From contig CAYOSQ010000002.1 of NCBI GenBank assembly GCA_964406665.1, forward strand, positions 118,219 through 182,218: a stretch of DNA of 64,000 bases. Direction: 5' to 3'. The notes beneath the pieces were generated by a model. That model worked only from the letters and a program-made list of their open reading frames with translations. It was not told where the DNA came from and did not search any database. The first letter of the stretch is position 1, and every line of letters begins with the position of its first letter. Source of the stretch: an uncultured Planctomycetia bacterium. Its GTDB lineage: Bacteria; Omnitrophota; Gorgyraeia; VGKH01; JBHPFN01. Shown here in pieces: positions 38,425 through 47,597 of the stretch. The translations under genes were made by a program, and so were the position numbers.

Positions 38425-39927
38425 CTATCTTCTAAAATTTTTAATAAGATCAATTTTGTCCAGTTCGCTATTTATTTCCCTATAACGCTTTACTGGTTTA
38501 TCTTGCTCCCTTTCTAAGTTATAGGTAGATATCATTGTGTTATTATTGTTCGCCGCTATACTTCTCTCGTTTATTATACGAGGTGTTATGAAAATAATCA
38601 ACTCTCTATCTTCATCTTGACTTTTATCATTATGTCTAAACAATACTCCCATTATGGGCACATCACCTAAAAAAGGAACTTTCGTAACTGTTTGATTTAG
38701 CTGCTTTCTTAAGAGTCCGCCTATGACAACAGTCTGACTATTTTTTATCCTAACAACTGACTTAGTGCCTCTTTCTTCCGGATCTTTAAACGTGGTTCCC
38801 CCGAAGGTTCCGCCCTGCCTGGCTTCACTAACTGTTGGTTCGATAAACATAGTGATTTCGCCGGTTACATAGTTAACCTGTGGGGTGACTTTTAAAGAGA
38901 CACCTGTTGTTGCCCTTTCTGCTTCAGAAGTTTGGCTAGCCGTCCCTTCCGAAGCCTGTGTTGTAGTTTTAAGCCCAATTGCTTCGTCAGTTGTAATTTT
39001 AATCTCAGCTGTTTCATTGCTAAGTGTTAAAAGGCGTGGTCTAGCTAAATATCTTGTTTTTGCATCAGACTTGAGTATATTTATGAGCCCTGTGAATCTA
39101 GATAAATCCAACGTTCCAACAGTATATGTAGTAGGGGTACCCGATTTTGCAACCGCCTCTGAATTTTCAAAAGGCCAGTATGATGTATGCGTTGGACCAC
39201 TATAGCTTATGGGTTGCTCACCAATCTTAAAGCCAATTTTATCAATAAGGTTTTTACTTACATCTAACATTTCAACCTCAATTAAAACCTGAGGAATAGA
39301 AATATCTAATTTTGATATTGTGCTTTCAATTAAAGGGAATTGACTAGCAATATCAGTTACAAGCAAACTGTTTGTACGAGAATTTTCAACCACTCTTCCA
39401 TTTTCAGTGAGCACTTCCTCAACAGCTTCTTTTATGCCGCTGCTTCCTTCTGCGTCATCCGAATCGCTGCTTCCTTCAGCAGAGAATCCTTCAGAGATTT
39501 GTTTTGTTAATCGAGAATTGGTAGTTGTAGCATATTTTAAATAAAAAATCTTAGTAATAGTTTCAATTTTAGGACGATCTATTTCTTTGACCACGAAAAT
39601 ATTTCCACCTTTTTTCATCTCGTATGTTAAATTATTAGCTGTTAAAATGCTCTCAAGCGCTTTCTCGACAGGAACTTTCTCAAGGTAAATAGTGAGGGTT
39701 TTATCTTCAATGGAACTATTGGCGATGAAGTTCATTCCTGACTGCTGAGAGAATATCTTCAGCACATCTTTTAAGTTTGCATCTTTAAAATCCATAGATA
39801 TCTGTTTTGAATATTCGGGATAAATAAAACTATCAAAAGCATCTCCTAGCTCAAGAAAAGAGCCTAAAAAAATGAGCGTAATTAAGAATATCGGTAAAAC
39901 GAAAATCTTTCTTCCTAATATTTTCAT
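38425..39927 (-). CDS. pilQ: Type IV pilus secretin PilQ.
   Basis: C-terminal secretin domain (VVIGGL...VPFLGDVPIMGVLFRH...RELIIFITPRII), an N-terminal signal/TM and secretin_N-like region. Confidence 0.85.
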   Translation of the reverse strand: MKILGRKIFVLPIFLITLIFLGSFLELGDAFDSFIYPEYSKQISMDFKDANLKDVLKIFSQQSGMNFIANSSIEDKTLTIYLEKVPVEKALESILTANNLTYEMKKGGNIFVVKEIDRPKIETITKIFYLKYATTTNSRLTKQISEGFSAEGSSDSDDAEGSSGIKEAVEEVLTENGRVVENSRTNSLLVTDIASQFPLIESTISKLDISIPQVLIEVEMLDVSKNLIDKIGFKIGEQPISYSGPTHTSYWPFENSEAVAKSGTPTTYTVGTLDLSRFTGLINILKSDAKTRYLARPRLLTLSNETAEIKITTDEAIGLKTTTQASEGTASQTSEAERATTGVSLKVTPQVNYVTGEITMFIEPTVSEARQGGTFGGTTFKDPEERGTKSVVRIKNSQTVVIGGLLRKQLNQTVTKVPFLGDVPIMGVLFRHNDKSQDEDRELIIFITPRIINERSIAANNNNTMISTYNLEREQDKPVKRYREINSELDKIDLIKNFRR

Positions 39928-40385
39928 CGTTTTTTCCTCCTGGCTTTTAATTTTGAATCGTCATTTTGATCTTCAGTTTTAACAAAGAATAGGGTATCCT
40001 GATATAAAATCTGAACACCCTCTTTACTAATATCTACGATATGAGCACCGCTAATTTTATCCCCCAGGCTAACCACGGAATCATTTATGATTGCTTGTGG
40101 GTTTTCAGTATTCCAAACAACACCTTGAATTGAAAGGATGGGCGGGATTATTTCAATCTTTTTTTCAGGCAGTTTGAAATCTATTTTAGGTATTTTTTTA
40201 TCAGGCTCAACTTTTTGAGGTTTGGGAATCCAAGATTTAAAAGGACTTCTGGAAAAGTTGAAATTAAAACCAACCGGAAAGTTATTGTCCACTTGAGCAT
40301 ATATTGAAAGCGTGGAAGAAAAAGTAAGATAAGCAATAGATAGAATAAATAATAATTTCTTTATCACTTTATTAAAACACTCCAT
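39924..40385 (-). CDS. pilP: PilP-like pilus assembly protein.
   Basis: A small secreted protein immediately upstream of pilQ with a C-terminal beta-domain (QGVVWNTENPQAIIND...VSLGDKISGAHIVDI). Confidence 0.45.
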   Translation of the reverse strand: MECFNKVIKKLLFILSIAYLTFSSTLSIYAQVDNNFPVGFNFNFSRSPFKSWIPKPQKVEPDKKIPKIDFKLPEKKIEIIPPILSIQGVVWNTENPQAIINDSVVSLGDKISGAHIVDISKEGVQILYQDTLFFVKTEDQNDDSKLKARRKKR

Positions 40386-40912
40386 ATTTTTAATTCAACA
40401 CTTAAATTTTCTTTTTCTTCAACCACGTTTTGCTCTCGAGCACTTTTGGAAACAGACAGGCTGCTAATGAAAAGTGACTTTTTGTTATTTTCCAGGCTGC
40501 TAATGAACTTGCCTAACCTAGCAAAATCAGTTTGAAAACCTAGTCTTATAGGAAATTTTGTATATAAGCCTTTATCAATGGGTACCTCTGGATTAAGTGA
40601 TTGAATTGAAATGTTATTATTTTTTAACGTCTCAGTAGCAATTTTAATTAATTCGTCAGTAGATGCTCCTTCCAGTGAATCTTTTTTGTAGCCGCTAATT
40701 TTGACATCAAGATCAACAATTTCTTTAATATGCTTTTCAAGCTTCAGCTCTTTCGAAAGAGTTTTTCTGAAAGCTGAAATTTTTTTGGATTTATTTACAA
40801 ACATTGATCTTGCGAACAGTAAAGAAACAAGAGCAATGGCAACACTAATTGCAATTGTTTTATTTTTTATGATTTGTTCAACATCAATTTTTTGTAAAGA
40901 TTGAATATCCAT
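40364..40912 (-). CDS. pilO: PilO-like inner-membrane pilus alignment protein.
   Basis: Single TM, a coiled coil and a periplasmic domain; located between pilMN and pilP. Confidence 0.5.
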   Translation of the reverse strand: MDIQSLQKIDVEQIIKNKTIAISVAIALVSLLFARSMFVNKSKKISAFRKTLSKELKLEKHIKEIVDLDVKISGYKKDSLEGASTDELIKIATETLKNNNISIQSLNPEVPIDKGLYTKFPIRLGFQTDFARLGKFISSLENNKKSLFISSLSVSKSAREQNVVEEKENLSVELKIWSVLIK

Positions 40913-40913
40913 T

Positions 40914-42422
40914 TTATTTACATTTAATTAAAAACTTTGAAACACGCCACTGTTCTATGGCAGCTTGACTAATATTGCTAAGAACAATAGATTTAAATTT
41001 TGTTTTAAATTCTGTATTATTTTTTACAAGTGATAAAAAGTTGTTGATGGCATTAAGTTGCTCAGGTTCATCTTCAAGGTAAGCATAGCCATTAATTTCA
41101 AAGGCTAAAGCTCCTGTTGATTCTCCGTAGTTCAATTCAGAAATCCACACGCCATCAGGCATAAGGTGAACAAGAGAATTAAGTATAGGGGTAATAGATC
41201 TGTCAAAATGAAGCTCCTCAAAAACTTTTAACTTTTTTTCAAATTCAGTTTTTAATCTTTCCAGCTGTTTTATATTAGCCATAGCATATTTAGGATCAAG
41301 TTGAGATTTCAAGCTTTCTATTTTTTTTAGCTTTGAACTGACAGAGAAACCCCTTACGAAATTCGACAATAAAATTAAAACAATAAAAGCAACAGCAAAA
41401 ATTCCTACGCGAATTACGATTTGATAATCAATTGGTTCGTCCTCGCTGAAATCCCTAGGTTTCTCTTCAAGGACATCTCTCTTCCTATATAAATTAATAT
41501 CTGACTGTGAACGGAATGACTGCCTTAAGGTAGAGCCGTAAGCCTTAAAGGATCCTAAATCAAAGTCATCGGTAATTTCTAAAGTATTGGTTATCAATTC
41601 AATTGGCGTATCTATTTCATTTTTTAAGTTTCCTAGCATTTCCGAAGTATCTTCTTTTGAGTGAAAGAATATCTTATTTACACTTGAGTCTGAAAACTGC
41701 CTACTGTAATAATCAAACGAAACATGAATTTCGTTTTTCAATCTTGAGATAAGGCTTACCATATCAGCTCCTCTGGGGTCTGAACCGAGATGACGGAATT
41801 TAAAATCTCTTATTAGCTGAGGAAAACCTCTTTCGATGATGCAGATACTTCCTCTTTCAGCAGACACTTCAACAATTGCGATTGTTTCATCTGGCTTTAT
41901 GACTTTCTTAAACAAGAATAATCTAAGCAGGCTAAAAGAAACAGGCTCCAAATAAAGAATTCTTAAGTTAGATTGTTCAAGTATGTATTGAAATTTGTCC
42001 AGGATGGTTTTCTTCATCCCGGCAAATGAACATTTTAGTCTAGCAGCTTTAGGGTCTTTTAGCTTTTGAGTAGCAAAATCAAAGTAGATTTCTTCAAGCT
42101 TGAAAGGAATGAATTTCCTTGATTCAAACTCTATAGCACTCTGCATCTCTGTTTTTGATACCTGTGGTATGAGAAAAGATCTCAATAAAACATCTTCTGA
42201 AGGCAAAGCAGCAATGACATCTCTCGTTTCAATGTTATTGGTTCTTATTGTTTTTTGAAGCAATGCAGTTAATTTGATTTCATCAGTCACTTCTACTATG
42301 TTGCTTTCCTGGCCTTCTGTTTCATAGGCAACACGATAATTCCTTATAATATTGCTTTTTTCTACTTCAACAATATCTAAAGCATCTACACCAAAATTTA
42401 TCCCTAAAAACTTATTGCCCAT
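40914..42422 (-). CDS. pilM: PilM-PilN fusion protein (actin-like PilM fused via a TM segment to a PilN-like periplasmic domain).
   Basis: A ~320-aa actin-like ATPase-fold region, then the TM helix IRVGIFAVAFIVLILLSNFV, then a ~150-aa coiled-coil/periplasmic region typical of PilN. Confidence 0.7.
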   Translation of the reverse strand: MGNKFLGINFGVDALDIVEVEKSNIIRNYRVAYETEGQESNIVEVTDEIKLTALLQKTIRTNNIETRDVIAALPSEDVLLRSFLIPQVSKTEMQSAIEFESRKFIPFKLEEIYFDFATQKLKDPKAARLKCSFAGMKKTILDKFQYILEQSNLRILYLEPVSFSLLRLFLFKKVIKPDETIAIVEVSAERGSICIIERGFPQLIRDFKFRHLGSDPRGADMVSLISRLKNEIHVSFDYYSRQFSDSSVNKIFFHSKEDTSEMLGNLKNEIDTPIELITNTLEITDDFDLGSFKAYGSTLRQSFRSQSDINLYRKRDVLEEKPRDFSEDEPIDYQIVIRVGIFAVAFIVLILLSNFVRGFSVSSKLKKIESLKSQLDPKYAMANIKQLERLKTEFEKKLKVFEELHFDRSITPILNSLVHLMPDGVWISELNYGESTGALAFEINGYAYLEDEPEQLNAINNFLSLVKNNTEFKTKFKSIVLSNISQAAIEQWRVSKFLIKCK

Positions 42423-42597
42423 ACTCTGCCTTTCGTGCCTGAGATCTTAACCACTTATCAATTTCTTTTTTATCAAATCTCCAAACACCGCCAATTTTTA
42501 TCCCGGAAAGCTTCCTTAAATGAAGCCAGTTATAGATAGTCTGCTTCTGTAGTCTTAGGTAGCGAGCTAATTCATCAACGTCCATTAATCGAGTCAT
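42412..42597 (-). CDS. Small helix-turn-helix DNA-binding protein of the excisionase/MerR-like (Xis/AlpA) family.
   Basis: A 61-aa protein: LMDVDELARYLRLQKQTIYNWLHLRKLSGIKIGGVWRFDKKEI. It overlaps the pilMN start by 11 nt. Confidence 0.6.
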   Translation of the reverse strand: MTRLMDVDELARYLRLQKQTIYNWLHLRKLSGIKIGGVWRFDKKEIDKWLRSQARKAEYGQ

Positions 42598-42639
42598 ATT
42601 CTATCCTATCTAGTGTTTTTTATAATAATACACTATAGG

Positions 42640-42675
42640 TATAATTAAACAATAAAATTCTTACCTTGTCAAGTG
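42640..42675 (-). promoter_or_regulatory. Candidate sigma70-type promoter for the HTH-pilMNOPQ-pilB-pilC operon.
   Basis: On the minus strand: TTGACA, a 17-nt spacer, then TTTAAT, about 45 nt upstream of the HTH start. Confidence 0.3.
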
Positions 42676-42778
42676 TTTTTTTACTTATATTTACCTAAAC
42701 TTACTCCTCGTCGATAAAAAGAATCAATTTGCATTGATTTTTGCCCATATTTAGTTAATATTGCAAAAAAGAGAGGTA

Positions 42779-43093
42779 TTAATACTGGGTGTCAATTGTC
42801 CATTCGTCTGTGCCGTCGGGGCCAGCACCTACGTTTTCTGAAAATGTAACAATAATATTGTCAGCAGCGCCTTCTGGAAAAGGATCCACAAGTGGAGCAT
42901 CTCCTTGGATAGCCAGCATTAAATTTCGATTTATAGAGGCTTGTGAGGCAAAGTATGCCTTAAGGCGTTTTATATGCCCTTCGGTGAGGCGTGCCTGGCT
43001 AGTCATTAGAATTAAAGCTCCGGCAGCAACAATAGATACTACTAGGGTAAAAATTATAACAATAGCTAAAACAACACCACGATTATTTTTCAT
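42779..43093 (-). CDS. PilX-like minor pilin candidate.
   Basis: N-terminus MKNNRGVVLAIVIIFTLVVSIVAAGALIL resembles the PilX_N hydrophobic segment. Confidence 0.4.
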   Translation of the reverse strand: MKNNRGVVLAIVIIFTLVVSIVAAGALILMTSQARLTEGHIKRLKAYFASQASINRNLMLAIQGDAPLVDPFPEGAADNIIVTFSENVGAGPDGTDEWTIDTQY

Positions 43094-43304
43094 TGTCCTT
43101 CCTTTGTTTTCTTAGTTCAATTGTGTAATCTTCCCCTTCTTTTTTTGAGACCACGTGACCTTCTCTGGAAAGCCATCCTACGCTCATTAGAATAGCATCG
43201 CGCGACTTATCAAGCTTTTCAGCTAATACAGAAAGCTTTTCTTTACCATGTTCATCTAAATAATGCCAAATTTCTCCGGCTATAATACCAATCTTTGTAA
43301 TCAT
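43083..43304 (-). CDS. DUF2582-like small winged-helix protein.
   Basis: A 73-aa protein: IGIIAGEIWHYLDEHGKEKLSVLAEKLDKSRDAILMSVGWLSREGHV, which matches the DUF2582 wHTH pattern. Confidence 0.45.
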   Translation of the reverse strand: MITKIGIIAGEIWHYLDEHGKEKLSVLAEKLDKSRDAILMSVGWLSREGHVVSKKEGEDYTIELRKQRKDNEK

Positions 43305-43534
43305 ATTTTAACTTCCTCCCTTCGATTATAACTTCTGCATCTTGGACAAACAGAAACACGATCATGTGATGAATAGTCAAAGTATAGATATGTACAGATT
43401 GGACATTGCCATAATTCTTCCATCTCTATAGCTCTTCCTCTATCTTGTCTAGATGTAATCCAGCTTACCAGAATAATAAGTAAGAATAATCCTGTATAAA
43501 TAGTTACTGCAAAAGAAAAATTAATTGTTATCAC
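43301..43534 (-). CDS. Small membrane-anchored zinc-ribbon protein.
   Basis: An N-terminal TM plus CPICTY...CPRCRS. Confidence 0.35.
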   Translation of the reverse strand: MITINFSFAVTIYTGLFLLIILVSWITSRQDRGRAIEMEELWQCPICTYLYFDYSSHDRVSVCPRCRSYNRREEVKI

Positions 43535-43929
43535 GGTTCTTCAATCTCTAATTTCAGCTCTTCTTGATTCCAATCAGGTATGTTTTGTATGTGTTCTTCT
43601 TTTCCCAAGATACTCATACTTTTTCTAGTTGGAATATAGCCAGAAGAAATTTTATCTTCGGCCTTCGCTGAATAAAGTGGCTTAAGAATCTTATTATTGT
43701 CTATAAAATTCACCTTCGGTTTATGTATGTATAGCTGCTCCAAATACTGATTAAGCATTTTTTCCGAAGAAGTATTTCTTAACGAAGCAGAGATGTCAGA
43801 TTCTTTTAAGAAGGATCCCAGGAAGTCTAAGGCTGTCAGAGGATTTTCCTTTAGTTTATCAATAGTTATGTCAAAGAACGACATGCAGAAAATATGACAA
43901 ATTATCGAAATCAATAATGCCGCTTTCAT
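43531..43929 (-). CDS. Hypothetical membrane-anchored protein in the TonB/TolA position.
   Basis: An N-terminal TM, located directly downstream of exbD/tolR. It has no Pro-rich or TonB C-terminal signature. Confidence 0.3.
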   Translation of the reverse strand: MKAALLISIICHIFCMSFFDITIDKLKENPLTALDFLGSFLKESDISASLRNTSSEKMLNQYLEQLYIHKPKVNFIDNNKILKPLYSAKAEDKISSGYIPTRKSMSILGKEEHIQNIPDWNQEELKLEIEEP

Positions 43930-43954
43930 ATTTTTATTTTTGAAGCTAGCTAAG

Positions 43955-44359
43955 CTACCTGCCTTCGTTAGTTGCTATGTTTACTCTGTTAATACCTAGC
44001 TCTCTACAAAGATCCCAAATTTCAACCACGCGTCCTAAAGAAGCTCTTCTATCTGATTTTATCAACAAAGGTTTACTTCTTTTAGCAATTCTCTTTAGCG
44101 CTGTTTGAAGCTCTTTCATTGTGACAACACTCTCGTTAAGATAAATAACGTTTTCCCGCGAGACTGTAATAATTGCACTTTCTTCCTGAATAACTTCGCT
44201 GGTTACGGCCCTGGGAAGATGTACTTTAATCCCTGGATGAAACATAAAAGATGAAGTAAGCATAAAAAATATCAAGAGTTGAAATACAACATCGATTAAC
44301 GGAGCAATATCAATTTGGGTTAAGCCGTGTTCTAATTTTGAGTGGCGTTTAAATTTCAT
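43955..44359 (-). CDS. exbD: Biopolymer transport protein ExbD/TolR.
   Basis: IDIAPLIDVVFQLLIFFML N-terminal TM and an ExbD periplasmic domain; 134 aa. Confidence 0.85.
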   Translation of the reverse strand: MKFKRHSKLEHGLTQIDIAPLIDVVFQLLIFFMLTSSFMFHPGIKVHLPRAVTSEVIQEESAIITVSRENVIYLNESVVTMKELQTALKRIAKRSKPLLIKSDRRASLGRVVEIWDLCRELGINRVNIATNEGR

Positions 44360-44365
44360 CTATTC

Positions 44366-45037
44366 CTATTTTCTCCTACTCTCTTTATATTGAGTAACAA
44401 AATTAGTAAGTTCCGTGGCTGAGCGCTCCATATCCAAAACGTGACTATTTACTCTACTTACAAAGTAGTTATAGGCTAAAAATGTAACGATAGCTACCGA
44501 TAAACCAAATACTGTTGTAATTAAAGCCTCCCAAATTCCACCAGCAAGGTCTCCGGGGTTAACTGGATTAATTGAAGTTGCTTTAATTTGAATTGTATGA
44601 AAACACTTAACCATCCCCGTAACAGTTCCCAGTAACCCCAGTAGCGGAGAAATATGGCCGATTGTCGCCAATATGCTAAGATGGTTTTCCAATCTAGGAA
44701 TTTCGTAAAGACTCGCATCTTCCATCGATTCTTTGATTTCATCACGGGAAGATTCCAAATTAAGCACACCTGCCCTCAAAATATTGGCGACAGGAATACG
44801 GGCATTCGTACATATACCTATGGCAGCTTTAATTTTATTGTGTTTAATTTGATCAACCACAGAATTCAGGAGCTCTCTGGCATTACCCTTAAACTGAATA
44901 TTCAGCTGCCAGAATTTTTCTCCAATTATGGCTAAAGCAACTATTGAACATGATAATATTAACCACATTAATGGCCCACCTGCTAAAAATATTTTCCAGG
45001 CGCTTGAATTCCAAAAACCCATTACTACCTCCTTCAA
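44366..45037 (-). CDS. exbB: MotA/TolQ/ExbB proton-channel protein.
   Basis: A 3-TM ExbB/TolQ core with the ATIGHISPLLGLLGTVTGM conserved region. Confidence 0.85.
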   Translation of the reverse strand: MKEVVMGFWNSSAWKIFLAGGPLMWLILSCSIVALAIIGEKFWQLNIQFKGNARELLNSVVDQIKHNKIKAAIGICTNARIPVANILRAGVLNLESSRDEIKESMEDASLYEIPRLENHLSILATIGHISPLLGLLGTVTGMVKCFHTIQIKATSINPVNPGDLAGGIWEALITTVFGLSVAIVTFLAYNYFVSRVNSHVLDMERSATELTNFVTQYKESRRK

Positions 45038-45047
45038 TTCTTAATAA

Positions 45048-47537
45048 TTAGTTATTTACGTTGTTGTTAATCCATTCAAGGCGTTCTAAAGCGAACTTTG
45101 ATTCTTCGGAATCAACTTGAGAAATCTTCTCATATATTTTTCGTGCTTCAGACCAATCTTCTTTGTCTTCAAAAATCCTAGCAACTCTTAAGTAAGAGCG
45201 AATCATTAATGATTTATTATCAGGATAAAGGTAAGCAATTTTAAAATACGTATCAACTGCTTCTTCCTTTCTTCCGGCCTCTTCTAAAGTTTCTGCAATA
45301 TAAAATTTGATTTGAACATCTTTTATTGTAGAACTTTTTTTTGGGGCATTGATCGCATCTTCGTAAATTTTTAAAGCCTCTTTGGACTTACCCATAATTC
45401 TAAGAATCTTCCCCTTTTTTATATAGCCATCTCTTTTAAAATCAGGGTAATCGTTTACGACACTATCAGCAGCCGCAATAGCTTCTTCATAATTTTTATC
45501 ATTGTTAAGTTTTAAATCAGCGATTTCCAAAATAGCAAAAGCAGTAAATTCACCTTCTGGCCGAGAAGCAACTATTTCTTCCATAGCAATTTTTGCTTTT
45601 TCATTATCGCCCTGTTCAAGAAGCAACTTTGCAATTCTATATTGAGCCTCTTCTACTCTATCGCTATAAGGAAATTCTTCTACAATGCGTTGAAAATGCC
45701 TTATAGAAGTTTCAAAATTCATCGCTTTCGAATAGTAGTCTCCTAAAAACATCAGCGTATCTAAGCCGGCTTGAGACTCCGGGAATTTATAAACAAGAAT
45801 TTTAAGAATTTTTAGCGCTTCTGTATCATTACCCATTCCAAAATAGCACATGGCAATTTCATAATCACATTTTTGAAGAGTAGAGCTTAAGCTAGGATAA
45901 AGTTTCTTGATGTTTATGAAAACATTGATTGCTTTTTTATATTCTTCCAGATTTTTTAAAGTCGAACCTAAAAGAAGCATGGAATCTGGCTTAATTGAGC
46001 TTTCTGATGAAAGGGATTCTACAAAATCTTTTAAGTGTTCTTTTGCAGATGTAAAATTTCCTTTGTTAAAATAAGTTAGTCCAAGATAATATTTTGATTC
46101 ATCGTAAAATTTACTTTCAGGGAAATTCTTCTGAAAAGCCAGGAAAGCAAGTATAGCGTTTTCGAATCTTTCCATTTTCAAGAGGGTCAAAGCTTCTTGA
46201 AGCTGCACGTAGTCACCATAAAAGCTCTCCGGATAATTCTTAAGTATATTATCGTAAACTGTTAAGGCTTTTTCAAAATGTAGCGCTTCTTGGTAAGCGT
46301 CTCCAATTTGGGAGAGCGCACCCACTTTCACAAGATTATCTTCTGCTTCTGTGGCAACATTCTCAAGTACTTCCATTGCCTGGTCTAAATCATCAAGTTT
46401 TAAATATGCCCAAGCTAAACCAAATCCTATTTTTTCATGGTACTTTTCAAATTCTTTTCCCTGTGAAAGCTTCTTGGACACTTCTTTGTAAGTATCAACA
46501 GCATCATCAAACTTCCCAATTTCATATAAAACATTTGCTTTTCCCAAATATGCTTCAATGATCCACTTACTATCAGAAAAATTAGTAATTAAGAATTCAT
46601 AAGAAGCAATAGCTTCTTCGTATTTTGAGTATTCTGAAAATAATGTGGCTTTACCAAGAATAACGGTATCCATATCTGCGCCAATGGAACGAGCCAATTC
46701 TTCTGCCTCATCAAAATACAATTGAGCTTCGGCAAGATTCTTTAACTTTAGATGCGACCAACCCAAGCTTGTTTTTGATAAAATTGCTAATTCACTATCA
46801 GGCGAAAGTTCAATTACCTTCAAATAATCGCTTAACGCATCTGAAAAATTCTCTAAATAATAGCTGGATTCTGCCTTGTAAAAGTAAGCATTTACAATGC
46901 TTTTTGAATCAGTAAATTTGTTAATGAACTCAGTAAAGAGATCCTTCGCCTCCTGATATTTTTGCAGACTATAATTACATTCTGCAATTTTAAAATAAGA
47001 ATCCTCAATCAATTGGCTTTCAGGATAATCAGCGATAATTTTTTTAAAGCCTTTTTTTGCCTCAGACCAATTAGATTCTTCGTAGTAACACCAAGCTAAT
47101 GAATAATATGCATGTTCCAGAAACTCTGAATCGGGAAAATCATCAATGATTATCTTGCAAAATTTCTTAGCTTGGGAGAAATTCTTTCCTTTAAAATGAA
47201 CCTCAGCAATCCAGTAAAGCAAAGAATCTTTGATTCTTTCGCTCTCAGGAAATTCCAAAGCTTGCTGAAGTTTTTCAAGAGCATTTAAGTACTCTGCTTG
47301 CTTAAGGAAACATTGAGCTATCATTAGAAAGGCTTCGGGGCGTTTTTCTGTTTCAGGGAATTCTTTGAGAAATCGCTCAAAATATCCCAAAGAAACATCG
47401 TAGAACCCATCTTCAAATGATTTTTGGGCGATAAAAAACAGCTCTTCTTCCTTATCCGAATCAGCGAAGATTGGAAAAGATAATAAGCAAATAAAACCAA
47501 TTACTAAAAGTAGAAAAGTGAGATTTTTAGTGTTCAT
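45048..47537 (-). CDS. Large secreted tetratricopeptide-repeat protein (829 aa).
   Basis: A signal peptide followed by more than 15 TPR-like repeats (recurring W/Y-x-x-A-x-x-Y/F spacing). Confidence 0.8.
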   Translation of the reverse strand: MNTKNLTFLLLVIGFICLLSFPIFADSDKEEELFFIAQKSFEDGFYDVSLGYFERFLKEFPETEKRPEAFLMIAQCFLKQAEYLNALEKLQQALEFPESERIKDSLLYWIAEVHFKGKNFSQAKKFCKIIIDDFPDSEFLEHAYYSLAWCYYEESNWSEAKKGFKKIIADYPESQLIEDSYFKIAECNYSLQKYQEAKDLFTEFINKFTDSKSIVNAYFYKAESSYYLENFSDALSDYLKVIELSPDSELAILSKTSLGWSHLKLKNLAEAQLYFDEAEELARSIGADMDTVILGKATLFSEYSKYEEAIASYEFLITNFSDSKWIIEAYLGKANVLYEIGKFDDAVDTYKEVSKKLSQGKEFEKYHEKIGFGLAWAYLKLDDLDQAMEVLENVATEAEDNLVKVGALSQIGDAYQEALHFEKALTVYDNILKNYPESFYGDYVQLQEALTLLKMERFENAILAFLAFQKNFPESKFYDESKYYLGLTYFNKGNFTSAKEHLKDFVESLSSESSIKPDSMLLLGSTLKNLEEYKKAINVFINIKKLYPSLSSTLQKCDYEIAMCYFGMGNDTEALKILKILVYKFPESQAGLDTLMFLGDYYSKAMNFETSIRHFQRIVEEFPYSDRVEEAQYRIAKLLLEQGDNEKAKIAMEEIVASRPEGEFTAFAILEIADLKLNNDKNYEEAIAAADSVVNDYPDFKRDGYIKKGKILRIMGKSKEALKIYEDAINAPKKSSTIKDVQIKFYIAETLEEAGRKEEAVDTYFKIAYLYPDNKSLMIRSYLRVARIFEDKEDWSEARKIYEKISQVDSEESKFALERLEWINNNVNN

Positions 47538-47597
47538 CAGACAATTTATTATAACAAGTTTGGTACATTTTTCAATAAGAAAAGCTGTTTTTGAGAT

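Noticed and set aside
42412-42597. Treating the excisionase-family HTH as evidence of a prophage or integrative element.
   Set aside because: There is no integrase, recombinase, att-like direct repeat, phage structural gene or GC discontinuity nearby. The gene is embedded in, and overlaps, the pilus operon.
44521-44769. An 82-aa minus-strand ORF nested in exbB/tolQ, plus similar nested minus-strand ORFs at 15130-15363, 16644-16976, 49175-49387 and 49973-50161.
   Set aside because: They are alternative frames inside the strongly supported exbB, dksA-like, ileS and uvrA genes. There is no independent evidence for them.
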